Position numbers and translations under genes: made by a program
Origin: an uncultured Deinococcales bacterium
GTDB taxonomy: Bacteria; Deinococcota; Deinococci; Deinococcales; JAAFIG01
Assembly (NCBI GenBank): GCA_964247135.1
Contig: CAXTTL010000003.1
Location: forward strand, 1 to 45,823
Length of the DNA: 45,823 nt
Reading direction: 5' to 3'
The notes under the pieces: generated by a model
Database searches by the model: none
What the model saw: only the letters and a program-made list of their open reading frames with translations
Told to the model about the DNA's origin: nothing
Shown here: piece after piece, positions 41,230-45,823 of the stretch
How positions within the stretch are numbered: position 1 is the stretch's first letter
How the letters are laid out: every line of letters starts with the position of its first letter

Positions 41230-41313
41230 ATGAACACGTTTTTAGCAAACCAAAAAGCGGGCATCGGAAGCTCGAGGTTGACGTGCAAAGCGAAACGGGT
41301 CACCAGAACTTAA
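41230..41313 (+). CDS. Putative 27-aa peptide MNTFLANQKAGIGSSRLTCKAKRVTRT
   Basis: Perfect RBS GAGGAGG directly behind the conserved promoter box; function unknown. Confidence 0.35.
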   Translation: MNTFLANQKAGIGSSRLTCKAKRVTRT

Positions 41314-41345
41314 ACCGTGAAACTCGAGGGGGAGGAGTCGCGCCC

Positions 41346-41561
41346 ATGTCTGAATTGCTGGTCAAGTACCGCCTGTGTCCGGTTTGTTACCGTGCCGTGC
41401 CTGCCGCATTGGACGAAAAATTCTGCCCGAACGACGGCACCAAAATGCTCGAGGTTTGTCCGAAATGCAAGACGCCGATCACCTCGCCGTATGCACGGTA
41501 TTGCGTGAAATGCGGGACAGATTTTGGTCAAAAACCAAAATTGAACGCGCAAGTCAAATAA
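41346..41561 (+). CDS. Small double zinc-ribbon protein
   Basis: CPVC..CPND..CPKC..CVKC; RBS GGAGGAG; paralog of 5965..6231. Confidence 0.8.
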   Translation: MSELLVKYRLCPVCYRAVPAALDEKFCPNDGTKMLEVCPKCKTPITSPYARYCVKCGTDFGQKPKLNAQVK

Positions 41562-41595
41562 AGCCCGATCACAAGTTGTTCAAAGGAGAGTCCCG

Positions 41596-43686
41596 ATGAA
41601 ATTATCATTGTTTGGAGTTGCTGGGGTGCTGGCTGTTTCGCTGACCGCCTGCTGGACTGAAACACCACCTCCACTACCGAATTCTGAAACCATCATTCCC
41701 GTGACCACCAAAGTGGCAGACCAGAGCACCAAAAACGCACTGACCGGATTTGATCTCAAAACAGGCATCATGCGCTTCTCGCAGAACACTTCGGTGTTGC
41801 AGGCGCTCAAAGCAGGCGATGTGCTTTCAGGGGGACGCTCGAACAATGCGCCAGATGGCTTTTTGCGCAAGGTCACAGCCATCAAAAACGCAAACGGCGA
41901 AACCGTGCTCGAGACGACCCAAGCCATGCTGACCGATGCCATCTCCAAGGGAAAGATTGATGTGAGTGGCACACTCACCGCCGCCAACCTGCACAGCACC
42001 GCGCTCCGACCAGGTGTCGCCCTGCGAACGGGCAGGTTTCGTGGTGGTTTCAACCAAGAAGCCAACTTGGATGTCGTGTACCATCCCGACGCACCCGGCA
42101 CAGGCGAGGTTCATATTACAGGTTTGGTGGATTTTAACCTGGGCTACCACATCGGCGTGGACATTGACTTTTGCTTTATTCCACCCGTTTGCCTGAACCA
42201 TTTTGATGCCAGCGTGGGTTTCGATCAACTCGCGGATTTGAAGGTCACGGGTCATCTCGAGACGCCCATCAAAAAAGACATCGAAATTGCCTCAAGCGAT
42301 TATTGGACGACCATTTCGATTTTGGACATCGAAATTCCTGTGGATTTCAAGGTGACACTCTCAATTGGTTTGGACGGCAAAGCCAGCGTGCAATTCAGTT
42401 ACCAAGGCACGCAGAGCGCCGCCTTAAAAGTTGGCGAAGAGTACAACGATGGTCGCGGTTGGAGTCCAATCGCCGAGAAAAATTTCACGCTCTTGCCAGG
42501 CGCACCGCAAGTCACGGGCAGCGTCGAGGTGCAAGCCACCACCGACTTCGAGACTCAGGTGTTGCTGATTGGTTTTGTCGGTCCTGGTCTGAAAGCCTCG
42601 GCGGGTTTGGAATTGAACGGGGAAATCCCGAGAAACCCGATCTGGACACTTTCAGGGCTGGCAAGTTTGGATGTCACCTTCGTGGTGGACGTGCCGGTGA
42701 TTGGCAAGATTGTCGATTACAGCGCCAATATTTTGAAGTGGAGCAGCGAACTGGCACGTTCGCAAAACACAGCGCCCACCATCAGCCTTCAGACCAACCA
42801 GAGCCACCTCGAGTTTGGCAGACCGTTTTACTTTGCGAGCGGTTATCCAATGTATGCCGCCAGCGACCTCGAGGATGGCACGGTCAACAACTTTAAATTG
42901 AGTTCGGACAAAGACGGCGCAATCGACACCAACCATGTTTTTAGCGGCGTCGGCTCGAGGCTAATCACCGTGACCGCCACCGACAGCCAGGGGGCAAGCT
43001 CGAGCGCCAATTTCACGCTAAATGTGATTAACACCCCGCCCAAAGTCAGCTTGACCACCTCGAGCAACCTGCCAGTGTACGTGGGCATTCCCACAGAACT
43101 TTCTGGTTTTGCCACAGAGATCAACCCCGTGACCGGGCAACCCAACCTGCCTGTGCCGTGCAATCGCATGTACTGGACGAGCAGCAATGCAACTGATGTT
43201 GTCCCCTCGAGTTGCAACGGTTCAGCAACTTTTACCAGCAGTGGTGTACGAACACTGACGTTGACTGCCGTTGGGCAAAACGGGGCTTTGGGAATAGCCG
43301 AAGTGCTGATTGCCGTGACCGACCCACCAGATAACATTGCACCCATCATTGATGAAATGCACGTCAAAGACAACACGGGCACTGACGTGACTGCCAGCCA
43401 GACCGTGGCAACAGGTGCTCCATTGCTGTTGTCGGTCAAAGCGCACGACCCCGAAAACGACCCAATTCACTACCAATGGGCTGCCTGTTTGCCAAGTTGG
43501 ACGCCATTGCAATGCAGTCTCTATGGTGACTTGCCCACGAATGCCGATGGTACGGCAACCTTTGATTTCCTCAGTCGTTTTGGCAACTACGGCACGTATA
43601 CCCTCTGGATCACCGCCGACGATGGACACCACACGTTTGCGACCATTGGTTCCATCACCATCACCATCACCCCAAAAATCAATTAA
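41596..43686 (+). CDS. Large beta-rich lipoprotein with C-terminal Ig/PKD-like domains
   Basis: RBS AAGGAG, lipobox LTAC, NTAP..ASDLEDG, NTPP, NIAP..AHDPENDPI repeats. Confidence 0.85.
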   Translation: MKLSLFGVAGVLAVSLTACWTETPPPLPNSETIIPVTTKVADQSTKNALTGFDLKTGIMRFSQNTSVLQALKAGDVLSGGRSNNAPDGFLRKVTAIKNANGETVLETTQAMLTDAISKGKIDVSGTLTAANLHSTALRPGVALRTGRFRGGFNQEANLDVVYHPDAPGTGEVHITGLVDFNLGYHIGVDIDFCFIPPVCLNHFDASVGFDQLADLKVTGHLETPIKKDIEIASSDYWTTISILDIEIPVDFKVTLSIGLDGKASVQFSYQGTQSAALKVGEEYNDGRGWSPIAEKNFTLLPGAPQVTGSVEVQATTDFETQVLLIGFVGPGLKASAGLELNGEIPRNPIWTLSGLASLDVTFVVDVPVIGKIVDYSANILKWSSELARSQNTAPTISLQTNQSHLEFGRPFYFASGYPMYAASDLEDGTVNNFKLSSDKDGAIDTNHVFSGVGSRLITVTATDSQGASSSANFTLNVINTPPKVSLTTSSNLPVYVGIPTELSGFATEINPVTGQPNLPVPCNRMYWTSSNATDVVPSSCNGSATFTSSGVRTLTLTAVGQNGALGIAEVLIAVTDPPDNIAPIIDEMHVKDNTGTDVTASQTVATGAPLLLSVKAHDPENDPIHYQWAACLPSWTPLQCSLYGDLPTNADGTATFDFLSRFGNYGTYTLWITADDGHHTFATIGSITITITPKIN

Positions 43687-43702
43687 CCAATATCAACGAA
43701 AC

Positions 43703-43779
43703 CTCGAGTCCCCACGTGTTGTACTCGAGCTTTGTTCCTCGCACCCTCACTCAGAGAAGCCCGAACGTGGGCGGGCTTC
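43703..43779 (+). ncRNA. Candidate kissing-loop cis RNA element, copy B
   Basis: CTCGAGT/ACTCGAG stem with loop CCCACGT; GAAGCCCG/CGGGCTTC stem with loop AACGTGGG; compensatory changes relative to copy A. Confidence 0.55.
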
Positions 43780-43809
43780 AAAATGCTCCCAACACCCAAG
43801 GAGACGCCT

Positions 43810-45606
43810 ATGCGAAAGTTTTTCATGCCTTTTTTATTGGTCTTGTTGCTGAGTGCCTGTCGCACCCCACCCATGATCTCGAACTTCCAGGCAACACCCG
43901 CGAACCTGCCTGCGGGCGGCGGCAGCGTCAAGCTCGAGTGGGGGGTCAGCGATGCCGATTTGCTCTCGTTGGATCAGGGGGTTGGTGTGGTCGGTGGCAC
44001 TTCAACCACCGTAAATGTCACAACCTCAAAGACCTTTACCTTGACCGCCACAAACACGAGCGGTTTGACGACCGCAAGTGTGGGTGTTGCCGTTGAAACA
44101 TCTGCCTTGACGATCACACCTGCCAGCCTGACATTGACGGCGGGCAGCCCCGCGCAAACCTTCAGCACAACGGCAAACAATGGCGGAACAATCACTTGGA
44201 GTTTGAATCCTGCCGTTGGTGCGGGCAGCCTCAGTGCCACCACGGGGGCAAGCACGGTTTACACGCCCCCCTCGAGCGTGACCGCCACGACCACCGTCAC
44301 CCTCACGGCAACACTGGAAGGCTCGAGCGCCGTTGCCCATGCGAACATCACCCTGAATCCAGCCCCGCCGAGTACGGGCAGCCTTCAAGTCAACATTTCG
44401 GGTTTGCCTTCAGGCGTTGCGGGCAATGTCAGCATCGCTGGACCAAATGGTTTTACCCGAACGCTGGTTGCCAGTGATAACCTGAGCGCCTTGACCCCAG
44501 GCAGTTACACGCTCAGTCCAGCCTCGGTTTCAAAATTGGCAGCCTTCACCGATTCGATCTTTAGCTCGAGTACCACCACCGCCACGGTCAGCGTAGGCAA
44601 TACGGCAACGGTGGAGATTGCTTACGCGCAACTTCCAGGCAGTGGCAAGTTATGGATTGCGTTCAACTATTCCATTGGGGCTTACGATGAATCTCAACTG
44701 ACCTCGGGAACGACACAACCCCCACTGATCGCCTTTGCTGGCGGTGACATTGGTGTCCTCAAGGCACTGGCATTCGATAAAGCTGGCAACCTCTGGACTT
44801 CTGACGGGAATTTCTGCCACCTGTCACGGTTCGCCGCCCACGATCTTGGCAAGATTGGCACGGTCACACCCGATGTCATCATTGGAAACGGCAGGACTTG
44901 CACTGCGGACAAAATTTCCAGCCCGCAAGGTTTGGCATTTGATAAAAACGGCAACCTCTGGGTGGCAGAATATGGCAGTTCTGCGTTGACCATGTACAGC
45001 GCCGCTCAACTGAGCAGCAGCGGAGACCCAACCCCGCTCAAGATCACCAGCACCGCCTTAAAAACACCGCTCTGTCTGGCATTTGACTCGAGCGGCAATT
45101 TGTGGGTCAGCAACTTTGCCGCCCATAACGTCCTGATGTTCGCCCCAGACAAACTCGCTGCCGGAGGGGTGCTCACACCAACACGGACGCTCGAGACACC
45201 CGCGTTTTCTGCACCTTCGGGCGCTGGTCTGCCAGCGGGTCTGGCTTTTGACAAAAATGGCAACCTCTGGGTGAGCAACAACACAAACAAGACACTGTTA
45301 ATGTTCACACCCAGCAAACTTCAGGTTGGTGGCACACAAGCCCCCGACAAAACCGTCAGCCCAAACGTGCCCACACCCGACGCCAGCGGACCAGGTTCAT
45401 TGGCACTGGACAAAGCAGGTAACCTTTGGGTGACGTATGGGTCAAATGCTGCCAACATTGCCGATCACAAAACCGTGCGAATCAACGCGTCCGATCTGAC
45501 AGACGGCGCTGCGCCCAAACCGGCTGCCGAACTGAACGGTTATCAATTTATCAGCCTTGGAGGTTTGGCATTCTATCCAACTCCAGCAGGCTTACCAATC
45601 AATTAA
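43810..45606 (+). CDS. Lipoprotein with Ig-like domains and NHL-like beta-propeller
   Basis: RBS AAGGAG, lipobox LSAC, repeated LAFDxxGNLWV blades, terminal FYPTPAGLP like FYPIPANSP of the paralog. Confidence 0.88.
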   Translation: MRKFFMPFLLVLLLSACRTPPMISNFQATPANLPAGGGSVKLEWGVSDADLLSLDQGVGVVGGTSTTVNVTTSKTFTLTATNTSGLTTASVGVAVETSALTITPASLTLTAGSPAQTFSTTANNGGTITWSLNPAVGAGSLSATTGASTVYTPPSSVTATTTVTLTATLEGSSAVAHANITLNPAPPSTGSLQVNISGLPSGVAGNVSIAGPNGFTRTLVASDNLSALTPGSYTLSPASVSKLAAFTDSIFSSSTTTATVSVGNTATVEIAYAQLPGSGKLWIAFNYSIGAYDESQLTSGTTQPPLIAFAGGDIGVLKALAFDKAGNLWTSDGNFCHLSRFAAHDLGKIGTVTPDVIIGNGRTCTADKISSPQGLAFDKNGNLWVAEYGSSALTMYSAAQLSSSGDPTPLKITSTALKTPLCLAFDSSGNLWVSNFAAHNVLMFAPDKLAAGGVLTPTRTLETPAFSAPSGAGLPAGLAFDKNGNLWVSNNTNKTLLMFTPSKLQVGGTQAPDKTVSPNVPTPDASGPGSLALDKAGNLWVTYGSNAANIADHKTVRINASDLTDGAAPKPAAELNGYQFISLGGLAFYPTPAGLPIN

Positions 45607-45628
45607 CATCAATCCGCAAAAGGTTTTT

Positions 45629-45814
45629 ATGACGCCCAATCTCGAGCAAATTCAAAACGCACGCTCGGGTTTCCTCGAGGCATTCAACGAGCTTGACTGG
45701 CAACGGTTTTGCGCCTGCTTTGCCGATGATGCCACAGTCTTTCATCCCGACAACCCCGAAACCATCAACCTCGAGTGGCTTGAAGGACGCGCCGCTCGAG
45801 CCACCCGCGCATGA
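45629..45814 (+). pseudogene. Truncated SnoaL/NTF2-like gene
   Basis: FLEAFNELDW..CFADDATVFHP..GRAA, then a stop after only 61 aa, just past a CTCGAG. Confidence 0.55.
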
Positions 45815-45823
45815 ATTCTTGGT

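Overview
Bacterial chromosomal window, most likely Deinococcota. This is inferred from the GyrB type, pervasive leaderless TAnnnT-N6/7-ATG gene starts and an RDRM-like box. A housekeeping core (~9.8-30.7 kb) contains a BNR/MoaD/DinB cluster, moeB, a DEAD-box helicase, gyrB, an RlmI-like MTase and a SurA/PrsA-like foldase. It is flanked by two accessory blocks rich in large STAND-ATPase/TPR regulators and secreted or lipoprotein genes. Most notable: (1) three paralogous ATPase-TPR regulators carry the SARP-like wHTH/BTAD module at the C-terminus; two are followed exactly 13 bp after their stop by a conserved TnACC-N6-TnACC-N10-(-10) promoter, which recurs at four more accessory loci; (2) an unannotated 41-aa secreted Cys-peptide gene sits behind one of these promoters, a candidate peptide-signalling system; (3) a covarying kissing-loop RNA lies in the leaders of two secreted-protein genes; (4) the palindrome CTCGAG is hyper-abundant across the window (HIP1-like), is missing from one apparently foreign segment, and marks several gene breakpoints; (5) a perfect RDRM-like palindrome covers the promoter of the BNR-MoaD-DinB operon. 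IS5 and ISAs1 remnants and several pseudogenes are present. No rRNA, tRNA or CRISPR array was recognised. All calls come from reading the sequence; no database searches were run.
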